Assembly (NCBI GenBank): GCA_963804955.1 | Contig: CAWDSQ010000011.1 | Coordinates: 94,399-158,398, forward strand | Origin: an uncultured delta proteobacterium | Lineage (GTDB): Bacteria > Desulfobacterota > WTBG01 > CAIYCZ01 > CAIRTM01 | Reading direction: 5' to 3' | DNA length: 64,000 nt | Shown here: positions 1-9,614 of the stretch, one piece after another | How the letters are laid out: every line of letters begins with the position of its first letter | Numbering within the stretch: the stretch's first letter is position 1 | Notes under the pieces: generated by a model | Database searches by the model: none | Told to the model about the DNA's origin: nothing | What the model saw: only the letters and a program-made list of their open reading frames with translations | Position numbers and translations under genes: made by a program

Positions 1-1
1 T

Positions 2-568
2 GTGGTCAACACGCCGGGCACTTTTCATGTCTTTGATGATTTCAACCCCGCTCTCATGCGGGCAATTATCGATGAGCTTGGCAAGGGATACGGCCTCCCA
101 CCCTCTCCCGACCCGGGCGCACTCCAGATAGTCCCGGTCCTGATATCGCCGCCGAGCAGCAGTTTAGTGTTTACTGGATTGAATAACGGCGACTATGACA
201 TTACCGACTTTCTCGGGGCGCTGGGAGCAACGGCGTCAGTCAACGGGGTGGAGGCGAGACGCAGGAAACTGGCACGTTTCACCTGCACTGCCTTTGGCAC
301 CCCGTGGTACATTCATGTACGAAATGATTCAACATACAACACATTCGATGATGTCGTGGCGGACACGACCGCTGACATATGCGTGGGGCAGCTTTCCGCA
401 CGGCTCTCAGAGGACTATTTTAAAAACGCCAAAAGCATAACGCAGGTATTTGAAGAAGATGACCTGGTAAAGTGCAGCGAGGGGGTCATGGACGGGACCT
501 ACGATGCCTATCTGCACTTTGACCCTGTGCCGTATTGCGACAATGCTACCGGTAGAGCCGGGAAATAG
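2..568 (+). CDS. 5'-truncated protein, possibly periplasmic substrate-binding (PBP2/SBP_bac_3-like) fold
   Basis: Open from the window edge; LNNGDYDI...RRKLARFT and GTYDAY segments loosely resemble family-3 binding proteins; followed by a terminator. Confidence 0.4.
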   Translation: MVNTPGTFHVFDDFNPALMRAIIDELGKGYGLPPSPDPGALQIVPVLISPPSSSLVFTGLNNGDYDITDFLGALGATASVNGVEARRRKLARFTCTAFGTPWYIHVRNDSTYNTFDDVVADTTADICVGQLSARLSEDYFKNAKSITQVFEEDDLVKCSEGVMDGTYDAYLHFDPVPYCDNATGRAGK

Positions 569-601
569 ATACCGCCGCTTTGCGAATCAGCACATGATTT
601 G

Positions 602-634
602 AAAAAAGGCCGCGGGAGCACCTGCGGCCTTTCT
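602..634 (+). terminator. Intrinsic terminator-like hairpin
   Basis: aaggccgcgg-gagcac-ctgcggcctt flanked by A and T runs just after the first ORF. Confidence 0.6.
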
Positions 635-1028
635 ATTATCAAACGGATACATTCTCCTTAAACTTTGGGAAAAGCAGGATAGCGTGCTCTATTTTTATCA
701 GACGAACGCACAACATCACCTCCAACATACGGGGGCTGAATATGCCTTATAACAATCCATATACATTTCGCATACGATCGAACATTGATAAGTATCCGCA
801 CTGGTCATATGTCAAAGCCGATCCCGATTATCCCGGACTGCGCGCCGTGCCGCAAAATTCTGCTGGATTAGCATCGAAGGCCGCCCTTAAAACTGAGGCT
901 CCGCCGTCCCGGTGCATCAGCCGGGCATTACCGGTTTTCTTTCATTAAAAAATCCATGCACGACCCGCTGCCTTAGTATATATTATATACAGGTGCTGTG
1001 TTTCTAACCTGGAAAGGAGGAATACTCT

Positions 1029-1250
1029 ATGTCGAAGCAGACACTTTTCAGACAGCAGCGAAAAATTGAAGCGCTGCACAAAATAGCGGCCTCCGTCGAA
1101 GGGGGCAGGAAAAATAAATTCAATTATCTGAAGGCCCATCGCTTTAGCCTTGACAGGCCCGTGAGGGGTTTTTCAACCGAGCGCGGCATGAGCCGGTATC
1201 AGATCCATGATTACCGGACACTGCTCCGCAGGAGCAATCAGGAGCTCTGA
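1029..1250 (+). CDS. Small basic hypothetical protein (73 aa)
   Basis: Strong RBS AAAGGAGG 8 nt before ATG. Confidence 0.55.
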   Translation: MSKQTLFRQQRKIEALHKIAASVEGGRKNKFNYLKAHRFSLDRPVRGFSTERGMSRYQIHDYRTLLRRSNQEL

Positions 1251-1344
1251 CCTGCGCGGGAGCGAACGCGCTTGCATGATGTGAAAAACTGCGGGCTGAA
1301 GCCGTGCGGAAAGAAGTATAAACTATAGACTATGAGGTCATTGT

Positions 1345-1689
1345 ATGAAATGCATACATTGCGTGGTAACTGCCGGGTTATTGTTCTGCTGTCTGGCAAT
1401 TCCGGGCATAGCACAAAGCGGGGATACACAGGGCGCCACAGGGAAAAAAGTTCCGGCTGGCGCAACGGGGAGCCTGGGATCACGGGGGCGTTACCGGGAA
1501 AGCACCTGTGGGCGCAATGGGGAAGGCACCTGTCGGCGCAATGGGGAAAGCGCCTGTTGGCGCAACAGGCAGCCTGGGATCCGGGAGCGTTACCGGGAAA
1601 ACAGCCCCGCGTGGCGTCATGAGGAGGGTGAATACGCAAGCGGCAGTAAGAAGGATAGTGATGAGATGGAGGAGGACAACACGGAATAA
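1345..1689 (+). CDS. Secreted Gly-rich repeat protein, apparently frameshifted
   Basis: Signal-peptide-like N-terminus, RBS GAGG, GKAPVGAM repeats in an alternate frame, acidic tail. Confidence 0.45.
   Translation: MKCIHCVVTAGLLFCCLAIPGIAQSGDTQGATGKKVPAGATGSLGSRGRYRESTCGRNGEGTCRRNGESACWRNRQPGIRERYRENSPAWRHEEGEYASGSKKDSDEMEEDNTE
1496..1567 (+). repeat. Three 24-bp tandem repeats (GGGAARGCRCCTGTNGGCGCAAYR)
   Basis: Units at 1496-1519, 1520-1543 and 1544-1567, inside a longer duplication (about 1459-1501 vs 1559-1600). Confidence 0.85.
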
Positions 1690-1888
1690 CTTCCCCCGGC
1701 AGCCCATGATTCGCTCCGCCGCAGGCCGCGGGAGAGGGCAGACACGGGATAAAAATGCCAATCCGCTTTTTCTGCGGCAAGATTAACATCATGGGAGGAA
1801 GCCGTTGTGAAAAACGGTTGCATGCCGGCCTGGAAAACAAAATTCGCACCTGCTCTCTTTGCACTATGCATTGCTGTACATTGCCAAA

Positions 1889-2098
1889 ACGGACGGCATC
1901 ACCGATATAAACAACCTGCCCGGCGGTGACGGCGATCCCAGCGCGTCCACCCTGCCGCAAAAGGAGGCCAACCTGGCCATCGCCAGACTTACCGGCATGT
2001 TCCTGCGTGCGTATCTGTACAACGATGCCGCTGGCCGGAACTATATCTATAATGCCGGGGGACGCAGCGACCCCGCTGTTTCACTGGAGACGCAGTGA
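1889..2098 (+). pseudogene. C-terminal remnant of a chlorophyllase-like alpha/beta hydrolase
   Basis: GITDINN...TLPQ...IARLTGMFLRAYL..D..GRNYIYNAG resembles the tail of bacterial chlorophyllase-like hydrolases; no N-terminal part. Confidence 0.45.
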
Positions 2099-2147
2099 TT
2101 GCGGATTAAACACAGACCTGCCGGTACAGCTGTGAAGCAAAAAAGCT

Positions 2148-2354
2148 ATGGGCAGTGAATCTTCGCTACTATGGGGAATGGTGTTGGGTGCATTCGGGCT
2201 CGGCTATTTCATATATGGCAAAAAGCAGAAAATGATTATGGCGCTCATCTGCGGCATGGCGCTAATGGTGTATCCGTATTTCATCACCAATGCGATTGCC
2301 ATGGTGTGTATCGGCATAGTTCTTTTGGCTGTTCCCTGGTTTATACGATATTGA
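2148..2354 (+). CDS. Small conserved membrane protein
   Basis: GxFGLGYFIYGKKQ and LMVYPYF motifs; three hydrophobic segments. Confidence 0.75.
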   Translation: MGSESSLLWGMVLGAFGLGYFIYGKKQKMIMALICGMALMVYPYFITNAIAMVCIGIVLLAVPWFIRY

Positions 2355-2538
2355 ATAAAATTGCAGCCCCTGGGTTAGGCAAAGAGCAGCATCTATGCAA
2401 CGACACACTATTGTAATTCCAGCAGGTCGGTGAACCCCGGCATTCAATTATTGAAAATAATCGGTGGGTCCGTCCTCTGTGGCGGACTGAACCCGCCTTT
2501 CTGACTGCGCCGCGGAGGTGAACCCGGTATTCGGCGGA

Positions 2539-2933
2539 TCATTTGGTTGTAACGGGCGGCATGACCGTCATTTTTGCCGGTCCCTTGCTGCCATGAATAT
2601 TGCAGCTTGCTTCAGCCTCGATTGAAACGGGGGCGGCAGCATCAACGGGCACTTCCCTGGTGAAGACCTGCGCTTTCGGGTTTGTTCCTCCATGAAAATT
2701 CCCAGCGCGCAATTTCTTTGCCATCGGCGCTCACGCGCACCCACTCCGTGTGGTGCAGAAAGTTGTTGCCGCTGTGAGTAACGGTGCATTTTAATACCGC
2801 TTTGCCGTCTTCATTAGCTTGTGCCGACTGTTCAAGTGCAACCGATGGACTTGTTTGCCTGAGCAGGACCTGCCGCCAGCAGAAAAATTCCAGCCAGAAA
2901 ACATATGCAACCTGCTTTACTGTGAATGCTCAT
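2539..2933 (-). CDS. Exported desulfoferrodoxin/superoxide-reductase-like protein (2 frameshifts)
   Basis: RBS AAAGGAGG and signal peptide ending AQA; re-joined frames give VTHSGNNFLHHTEWVRV...IEAEASCNIHG. Confidence 0.65.
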
Positions 2934-3311
2934 ACGCGCCTCCTTTGATGTTGTTAGGGTATCACGATCGTAATCAGCGTACTTATACAATAGCATAAAA
3001 AAGGTGTTTTTATTCCGATGAGTCAAGATAGGCAGTGAGCTTTTCACAGCAGCACAATCGCTACGAACACGGTCTCCTTGAGCGCAGTGCCACACCAAAG
3101 GCGCACATGCAGATTGTGCTCAATTATGAGGCATGGTGTGCGGTGGAGGGGGCGGATTGACACAGGTGTTTTGGCGTATGATTCGTTCCGTTCAATCTTT
3201 TGCTTGACTTTTTGATTATATTTTTATACTTTATTATATATTTGTTAAAAATAAGATGTCGCAGCGTTACAGAGTGGCAAAAGGTCTTTTATGCTTAATT
3301 AATATAAATTA

Positions 3312-3520
3312 CTCAACTTGACTGGCTTTTAACAGAATCATGGAAAATCCTTGTATTATTCTTGCCCGGCCAGCCTGTTCAGGGGCACAAAGCGTCGCAA
3401 GGGCGGTGCGAATGAATGTGCCGTATCACACAAAAAAGTGGTTTTATGAGCACTTAGCCCGACGCAAGCGGCGTGCCACTGAGCAGGCTGGCGCCAGCTT
3501 AAAAAGTCAGTCAAGTTGAG
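3312..3520. mobile_element. MITE with terminal inverted repeats and a 7-bp target duplication
   Basis: CTCAACTTGACTG...CAGTCAAGTTGAG; TAAATTA at 3305-3311 and 3521-3527; partial copy at 54398-54476. Confidence 0.75.
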
Positions 3521-3592
3521 TAAATTAGCTGGTCACGTCCGCCGAGGGTGCTGCACATGTCCAGTGAATTTCATCTTATAAGGGGAGGCATA

Positions 3593-4166
3593 ATGGCAAA
3601 CAAAACTATCCGGAACTGGGAGCTGGCAGGCATACCCGTGATCTTTCTGACGGGGTCTGCCATGCATTTTGTGTTTGAACTTACAGGCTACTGGCCCCCG
3701 ATTGCGTGGCTGGTAGCGGTGAATGAAAGCGTATGGGAGCATTTCAAGCTCGCCTTCTGGCCCGCGGTCATATATGCCGCGCTGGAGTATGTCTTTGTCC
3801 GGAAATCCGCCAGCAATTTCTGGCTGGGCAAGAGCCTGGGCATTTTTTTCATGCCGCTTTTCATAGGAATAACCTATTACAGCTACATGGCCATTCTGGG
3901 GCAGTTTTGTCTGTGGATTGATATTGAAGCTTTTTTGCCGCCATCGTCATCGGCCAATTGATAAGCTTGCGCCTGCTGACCGGGGCCAAAGTGGGGACGG
4001 TCTGCAGCGGCTGGGAATCATCGGCATGTGGGCGATGATTGCGACCATTGCCGTGTTCAGCTATGCGCCGCCCCGCACCTTTCTGTTTAAGGATTATTAC
4101 AAGGATGAGTACGGTATACTGCAGCAGTACGACAGGCCGGTTTTTTCCGCCGCGCAAAGCAAATAG
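3593..4166 (+). CDS. DUF6512-like membrane protein (frameshift near 3930)
   Basis: GSAMHFVFE and VNESVWEHFKLAFWP motifs; RBS GGGAGG. Confidence 0.7.
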
Positions 4167-4211
4167 CAGCCGGCCCGCGGGCAACCCGCCACTATTGAAT
4201 ACTGACCGTTC

Positions 4212-4405
4212 TTCACCGCCGTACGCTATGGCGGACTCGAGACGCAGAGAACGCAGATGGAAGATATCTTTTTGCTTTCTGCTGAGAGGGCAGAAAGAAA
4301 AAAGAGTTGCCTCTTGTACTGAAAGGAGCTGTTTTTGTTTTTCGCCCTCTCAGCGAAAAACAAAGAACATGTTTATCTCTGCGCCCTCCGCGCCTCTGCG
4401 GTGAA
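4212..4405. repeat. Palindromic intergenic repeat (TTCACCGC...GCGGTGAA) with nested hairpins
   Basis: Terminal inverted repeat; internal ctgagagggc/gccctctcag pair; right half recurs at about 15390-15459. Confidence 0.65.
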
Positions 4406-4421
4406 GTTCTTCCAGCCTTCT

Positions 4422-5636
4422 CTAGCTCGCCTGTACGGCGGCACGGGTTTCTTCGATGAAGGCGCGCATGTCTTTCATGAGCACGGCATCGGGCTTGCAG
4501 CTCAGCACCATGCCGTCGAGATACATGAGGCTTTTGATGATGGGGAACATGCCGCGCTCGAACACCATGCCAGAGTCGATCCCCAGGCGTATCGTGTCCA
4601 TCATTTTTTTCGTCAGGCTCACCTGCGCGACCGTCGAGTCGGTAAAGTCGGCATAGAGGTCGACGAACTTTTTGCGAAATGCCTCGAAGCGCCCCCCCTC
4701 AATTTCAACCTCCGACATTTTGTTCAGAAAATGGGCGCATTTGTCATAGTCGTACCAGGAAAGGGCCGCAAAAAATTCGAAGAGACCCTTGCGGATTTTC
4801 GGGCCCGCATGGCTGATGGCGCTGGTGTCGACAAAACATATTTTGCCGTCGTTGAGAATAATATTGCCGGGATGTATGTCGCCGTGGAAGGTGCCGATGA
4901 CAAACATATAGAACCCGTGTATGTGGAAGAGCTCAAGCAGCTGCTGGTAGGAAAGCTCGCCGCGCTCCAGCAGCTCGTCGAATGTTTTGCCTTCGATAAA
5001 GTCGGCAACCAGTATCTGTTCCGAGCACAGCTCGCGGTGGAAATCGGCAAAGCGCAGGCGCGACAGGTCATAGCCGGTGCTGTTTTTATCGTAGATTGTC
5101 CGCAGCACATCCTGCCCTTTTATTTCATTGAGCAGGTTAAGCTCGGTGAGCGTGTAGTCTTCGATATTTTCAAGAACACCCACCGGGTCGGCCACCTTGG
5201 CAAGCTTGGGATAGAAAAAGATGCTGAATTTGAAGAGTTTTTTGACGCTGCGCACATCGGCAGTGAACTGCTCCCGGGCATCATATTTGACCAGCTTTAT
5301 GACAACCTCTCTGCCGTTTTTGAGCCGCGCCCGGTGCACCTGCCCCACCGATGCCGAGGCCAGGGGCGTGGTGTCGATATAGTCGAAGCGCTGCCTGAAA
5401 TGGGAGTCTGTGTAGCGGTCAAGCAGCTTTTCCATCTGCTCGGGCGGCAGGCTCACGGCGCTGCGGTACAGGTGCGCCAGATGGCGGCAGGTGGCCTCGT
5501 TGAGAAAATCGATGCGCAGGGCGAACACCTGCCCGATCTTTACGGCAAGAAGGCCCTGCCGCTGTATGGCGTCAAGATCGGGAAGCTCTTTGCCGTAGAT
5601 GTTTTTTATAAGCCTGATAAAGCCGATCCAGTTCAT
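4422..5636 (-). CDS. AarF/UbiB (ABC1) family atypical kinase
   Basis: VKIGQ, PLASASVGQVHRA, VVIK and FHGDIHPGN motifs. Confidence 0.9.
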   Translation of the reverse strand: MNWIGFIRLIKNIYGKELPDLDAIQRQGLLAVKIGQVFALRIDFLNEATCRHLAHLYRSAVSLPPEQMEKLLDRYTDSHFRQRFDYIDTTPLASASVGQVHRARLKNGREVVIKLVKYDAREQFTADVRSVKKLFKFSIFFYPKLAKVADPVGVLENIEDYTLTELNLLNEIKGQDVLRTIYDKNSTGYDLSRLRFADFHRELCSEQILVADFIEGKTFDELLERGELSYQQLLELFHIHGFYMFVIGTFHGDIHPGNIILNDGKICFVDTSAISHAGPKIRKGLFEFFAALSWYDYDKCAHFLNKMSEVEIEGGRFEAFRKKFVDLYADFTDSTVAQVSLTKKMMDTIRLGIDSGMVFERGMFPIIKSLMYLDGMVLSCKPDAVLMKDMRAFIEETRAAVQAS

Positions 5637-5656
5637 AGGTGCGCCTCTGATTCAGG

Positions 5657-6550
5657 TTAAGAAAAACAGTAGTGCTGCCGCTGCCATGAGCAGAACATTT
5701 GCGCCCACTGCGCAGGTAACAAACAGAGCCCCAGACGCCGTGAGCCCGGCGGTGACGCCGTGCGCAGCGCAAGCATGCCTGCGAAGCAGGCCGCTGGCAG
5801 CAGGAGGACGGCTACAGTATAGTGCAGCGGGGCAGGGGAGAAAAGGAAAAAGAAAATAAGGCTTGCGCCGTTGAGCCCGATAATCGCGGGCTTCACCACC
5901 CCAGGCCCCAGCAGCACGGCAGCCGTGTGCTTGGAGCTGGCCCGGTCTGAAGGTTCATCGGGCAGGGCCGTCGCCATGGCGCAGGCAAGCTGGCAGGGCA
6001 GGATGAAGGCCAGCAGATGCCAGGGGAAAGCAGCAAGCGAGCCTGCCTGCCCGTAATAGCCGAAGACAGGCAGCACCATGCCTACACCCAGCATTTGCAG
6101 CAGTTCGCCGCCGCCGCGGTAGGACAGGCGCACGGGCGGAAAGCTGTACAGCCATAAAAGCCCCAGCGACAGGGCGATAAACGGCAGGGCAAGCCCGCTC
6201 TGGAAGAATGCTGTCAGCGCAAGCCCGACAGCTGCGTTAAGAATAACGACCGTGAGCACTGCGGCATAATTTTCACGCACCGAAATGAGCTCGTTTACCA
6301 GTGTGCGGGAGCCGCCGGAGAATATGGTGAAGGTCGTGTTCAGGCGGTCTGTTTCAATGTCGGCCCGGTCATTGGCATAGACGATGAAAAGCTGAAGAAA
6401 AAGCCCGTACAGATGCAGCAGCAGAAAGACCGTCCAGTCAAGCTGGCCGGACAGGCCGAAGTGTAGGGCCTGCCCCAGCAGCAGGGGAAAGAAAATATAG
6501 GACTGTGAGGGCAGGCGCGATGCCTGCAGCCAGGCCTTTATTTTGTGCAT
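5657..6550 (-). CDS. UbiA-family (MenA-like) prenyltransferase
   Basis: NDRADIETD, SGGSR, YSFPPVRLSYRGGGE and PDEPSDRASSKHT motifs; multi-TM. Confidence 0.85.
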   Translation of the reverse strand: MHKIKAWLQASRLPSQSYIFFPLLLGQALHFGLSGQLDWTVFLLLHLYGLFLQLFIVYANDRADIETDRLNTTFTIFSGGSRTLVNELISVRENYAAVLTVVILNAAVGLALTAFFQSGLALPFIALSLGLLWLYSFPPVRLSYRGGGELLQMLGVGMVLPVFGYYGQAGSLAAFPWHLLAFILPCQLACAMATALPDEPSDRASSKHTAAVLLGPGVVKPAIIGLNGASLIFFFLFSPAPLHYTVAVLLLPAACFAGMLALRTASPPGSRRLGLCLLPAQWAQMFCSWQRQHYCFS

Positions 6551-7296
6551 GCAGCCTCGCTTGCTGTGCGGTGTATGAAACGCCTGCCGTAAACGTAGGG
6601 ATAGAAGGCCGTGGCAACAAAGCCCGAGGAGTATCCGTACAGCAGCTCCTCAAGCGGCACGCCTGCAATAAATATATTCAAAAATTTCTCCGTATGCCAG
6701 ATATTTTTGAAAAGCCCGGGCATGAGCGCTGCTGCTGCAAGGCACAGTAGAAAATAGGTTGCGGCTGAAATACAACCGCCAAGCAGTGCCGGAGCTGTAA
6801 GATCGGGCCGCTGCCGGAGCATGGCAAGTGCTGCCGCAGCCATGGCCAGGCAGGCCCCATAAATTATCGGTATGCCGAAAGCGAGCAACAGCACGAGAAG
6901 GGCTCCGGTGAGGCCGAACAGCCCCAGCGCCCTCATGAAGCATGAGCGCGAAAGCGAGGCTGCACCATGCTGCCCGTAGGCGCGGTTGAAGCCGCAGGCA
7001 TAGGCCGTTGTGGTGAAGGCTGCCAGACCGGTCACAAAAATGATATCCTCGATGCCGAAACCGATGCGCCGCCCCAGGTCAAACAGGAAAGCAGGCTCCC
7101 AGTAGGAGGGGTAGAATAAAAATTCGGTGCAGGCAAAGGGCAGAGAAAAGGGTATGACGCAGGCAATCACGCGGCGCAGGTCGGGCCGCGCAGCCCCTAT
7201 CAGTATGCCCGGCAGGGCAAACAGCAGCGCCAGGGTCAGAAAATTCCAGGTCTGAAAAAATTGCAGCATAGTCAGTGGATAAAAAAAGGCGGGCAT
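6538..7296 (-). CDS. Lycopene cyclase (CrtYc/d, CarR-type) domain membrane protein with two repeats
   Basis: W...GFGIEDIIF and W...GVPLEELLY repeats; overlaps the prenyltransferase start. Confidence 0.75.
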   Translation of the reverse strand: MPAFFYPLTMLQFFQTWNFLTLALLFALPGILIGAARPDLRRVIACVIPFSLPFACTEFLFYPSYWEPAFLFDLGRRIGFGIEDIIFVTGLAAFTTTAYACGFNRAYGQHGAASLSRSCFMRALGLFGLTGALLVLLLAFGIPIIYGACLAMAAAALAMLRQRPDLTAPALLGGCISAATYFLLCLAAAALMPGLFKNIWHTEKFLNIFIAGVPLEELLYGYSSGFVATAFYPYVYGRRFIHRTASEAACTK

Positions 7297-7320
7297 ATGA
7301 TGCCCGCCGCAAGCAGCCGG

Positions 7321-7875
7321 TTAATGCGATGCCGGTATGTCTTCCATGGGCATCGGATTGCAGAGGCTGGCGCGGTTGTCGGCCATTCTGCCGCAGTTCA
7401 TGCACATGTAATCGGGCTTTTTCGCAAGCTCTTTGATGAGGTCGAAACGTTCACTGCCGGCGATCTCGCAGAGATGCTGGGTATGGTCGCCGGAGCATTT
7501 TTCGCAGATCAGCGGCAATTCTCTATCAACGCGGAAATGGACCAGAAATTTAACAAGCTTGCCCGCGCCCGGATGCACATATTTATCGGTCATGGCACGG
7601 ATCTCTTCAAGAAGCGGCCCCGATGTCTCTTCTTTTGTTTTGTGGAGATAGAACCGCCTGCCGCCAAAGCCGCGCTCTTCTGCAAAAGCATACACCGCAT
7701 TGGCGTTTTCCTGCAGGTTGGTGTGCGTGAGCCGGTCGGTCATGCCGAACACAAATGAGCCGTCTTTTTGCACCTGCGGCCGGGAATAGATGGCAATGTT
7801 GATTTCTCCCTGGGCATTCGACGTGGCCAGAAAACCCTTGCCGTTGGTATTGCTGAAATATTCTTTCGCGTCCAT
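7321..7875 (-). CDS. Pyridoxamine 5'-phosphate oxidase-like FMN-binding protein with a C-terminal Cys/His-rich domain
   Basis: GFLATSNAQGEINIAIYSRP...THTNLQEN; tail CEKC..HTQHLC...CMNCGR...LCNP. Confidence 0.8.
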   Translation of the reverse strand: MDAKEYFSNTNGKGFLATSNAQGEINIAIYSRPQVQKDGSFVFGMTDRLTHTNLQENANAVYAFAEERGFGGRRFYLHKTKEETSGPLLEEIRAMTDKYVHPGAGKLVKFLVHFRVDRELPLICEKCSGDHTQHLCEIAGSERFDLIKELAKKPDYMCMNCGRMADNRASLCNPMPMEDIPASH

Positions 7876-8179
7876 TGCTATCCCTCCTGCTGTGTGGTTT
7901 GTGGGAATAAAATGATACTAACAATATAGCATATGAATTTTAAATAAATTTCAGAATATACTCGTTTCCCTGCACGGAGCGGCGCAGGGGCGGGGCCCCC
8001 CCCCTGGTTGCGCTGCTTTTACATTCCTAACCCTCCTCGCAACCCTTCAGGGGGAGAGGAGCGAGGTGAGGGGGTCGTGTTTTTCGCAACTCAGGCGAAA
8101 AATAAATTTCCTACCAGTCCGCGTCCTCTGTGCTGAGCAATTTTCCTGTCTTCTGAATTCTGGATTCTGACTCCTGCTC

Positions 8180-8293
8180 TTGACCGGAATGTGCCGCGCA
8201 AGCCCCGCTTTGTAAGCGGGGTCAAGCGGCACGTCTCAAAAAAGTCAATCTTATCTACCGGGATGCCCCGCCTTGTATGCGGGGAGCATCACT
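8180..8293 (+). mobile_element. 114-bp double-hairpin element resembling IS200/IS605-type ends, copy 1
   Basis: Two gccccgc...gcgggg hairpins; inverted near-identical copy at 11672-11785. Confidence 0.65.
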
Positions 8294-8321
8294 GCTACTC
8301 TTGACTACTGCCTTTATTTCC

Positions 8322-8384
8322 TTTGACAAATATTTTTTATTTTATTACTTATCATTTAAATTTGCATGCCTTTGAAGAGCGGGG
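8322..8384 (+). promoter_or_regulatory. Duplicated promoter-like block, copy 1
   Basis: TTTGACAAATATTTTTTATTTTATTACTTATC is identical to the block at 15527. Confidence 0.5.
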
Positions 8385-8486
8385 TACAAAACTACACAAA
8401 GATCAAATCACTGTAAAAATGGGAAAGAAACTGCCTGCTGAACAATGTTAAAGGATCCTTTGATGGTTAGGGAAGAATAATCAAAA

Positions 8487-8720
8487 CTCAAGCATCAGCT
8501 GGATGTACTGTATCGTGTCGACCCCTTTATGAGCACGCTCTCGGATCTGAAGCAGCTTCTGGAGCAGATCATGCTGGAGAGCCAGGACATTACCGATGCC
8601 GAAGCAAGCAGCCTTGCCCTGTATGATGAGGCGGCACAAGACTTTGTCTTTGAAATTGTGCTGGGGGAAAAAGGCTCTGAAACCAAACAGCTCAGGGTGA
8701 AGTACGGAGAAGGCATAAGA
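8487..8720 (+). pseudogene. Truncated GAF-domain fragment
   Basis: LDVLYRV...DLKQLLEQIM..DAEASSLALYDE..FVFEIVLGEKG..VKYGEGI, then similarity stops. Confidence 0.6.
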
Positions 8721-8921
8721 ACCTTTACCTGTTCTATTATCCACAGGAGTCAGGATGTTGACTGCTGTTCCGAATTAATACGGAAGCAATGCAACTCATT
8801 CAACAAGGCACATGCGTAATATGGGTACATACTACAGTGCTTAAGCGTATCAGTATAGTTGAAGAGGGATAGAACAAGCTCCGGCAGCAGGGTGTCAAAG
8901 ATGCGCCCTACAAGGATCAGG

Positions 8922-9614
8922 ATGGCGAATATCCTCAAACGATTAAAAAAATATCTGCGTTTGTGCCTGACGATCCGTCAGCCGCTTATCCATTTCCGCA
9001 AGGATCTTGACGGCTTTTCACTGCCTGCAGATGCCTTTGAAGCGGTCGAGCGCAACGGCTGTAAGGTCTATATCGAGAGGGGAGACCGGCTTTCTGAATC
9101 CTACCATAGTTTTTTCGCTCTATCATTGCATGCTTTTGCTTTCAAGCATATCAGCAGCCAGACGGTATGCGGTTTTATCGTCAAGGGCGATGTCCCTATA
9201 GCCTGTACCTTGTTGAACGTGGATGGGCTTGGGTTTTTGGGGTATCCGTTTGAGCGCATGATCCCATTCGACAGAGGGCACGGATATGGATGGGCCCTGT
9301 TCGTGAAAGAGGAATTCCGCAATCGGGGCTTTGGGGCGGCGCTTCATTTTCTTCAGTTCCAAACGGCAAAACAACAGGGCCTAAGGTTCTGCAACCGCTT
9401 TATCGAAAAAGATAATTCGGTCCCCGTCCGTATTGCCGAAAAACTCGGGTATAAAAAGATCCGCGAGCTCGTCTTGATGCGGTTTTTCGGCTCCGATGCC
9501 CTTCTCATACTTGCGACAAGACCGGAGCAGCAGGTATACGCGCTGGCGCGCATGGCAGGCAAAAAAATATACATTTCAGGAGCTGCGCGAAAGAGAGCAG
9601 TAATTGCGGCGTGA
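8922..9614 (+). CDS. GNAT family N-acetyltransferase
   Basis: LFVKEEFRNRGFG acetyl-CoA motif A; N..PVRIAEKLGY. Confidence 0.75.
   Translation: MANILKRLKKYLRLCLTIRQPLIHFRKDLDGFSLPADAFEAVERNGCKVYIERGDRLSESYHSFFALSLHAFAFKHISSQTVCGFIVKGDVPIACTLLNVDGLGFLGYPFERMIPFDRGHGYGWALFVKEEFRNRGFGAALHFLQFQTAKQQGLRFCNRFIEKDNSVPVRIAEKLGYKKIRELVLMRFFGSDALLILATRPEQQVYALARMAGKKIYISGAARKRAVIAA

Noticed and set aside
1496..1567. Possible CRISPR array from the 24-bp repeats
   Set aside because: Units are contiguous with no spacers and vary mainly at third codon positions; no cas genes are present.
4335..5660. 441-aa plus-strand ORF
   Set aside because: Antisense shadow of the UbiB-family gene; the same applies to long antisense ORFs over clpB, galT, the UDPGP gene, NtrC and the radical SAM gene.
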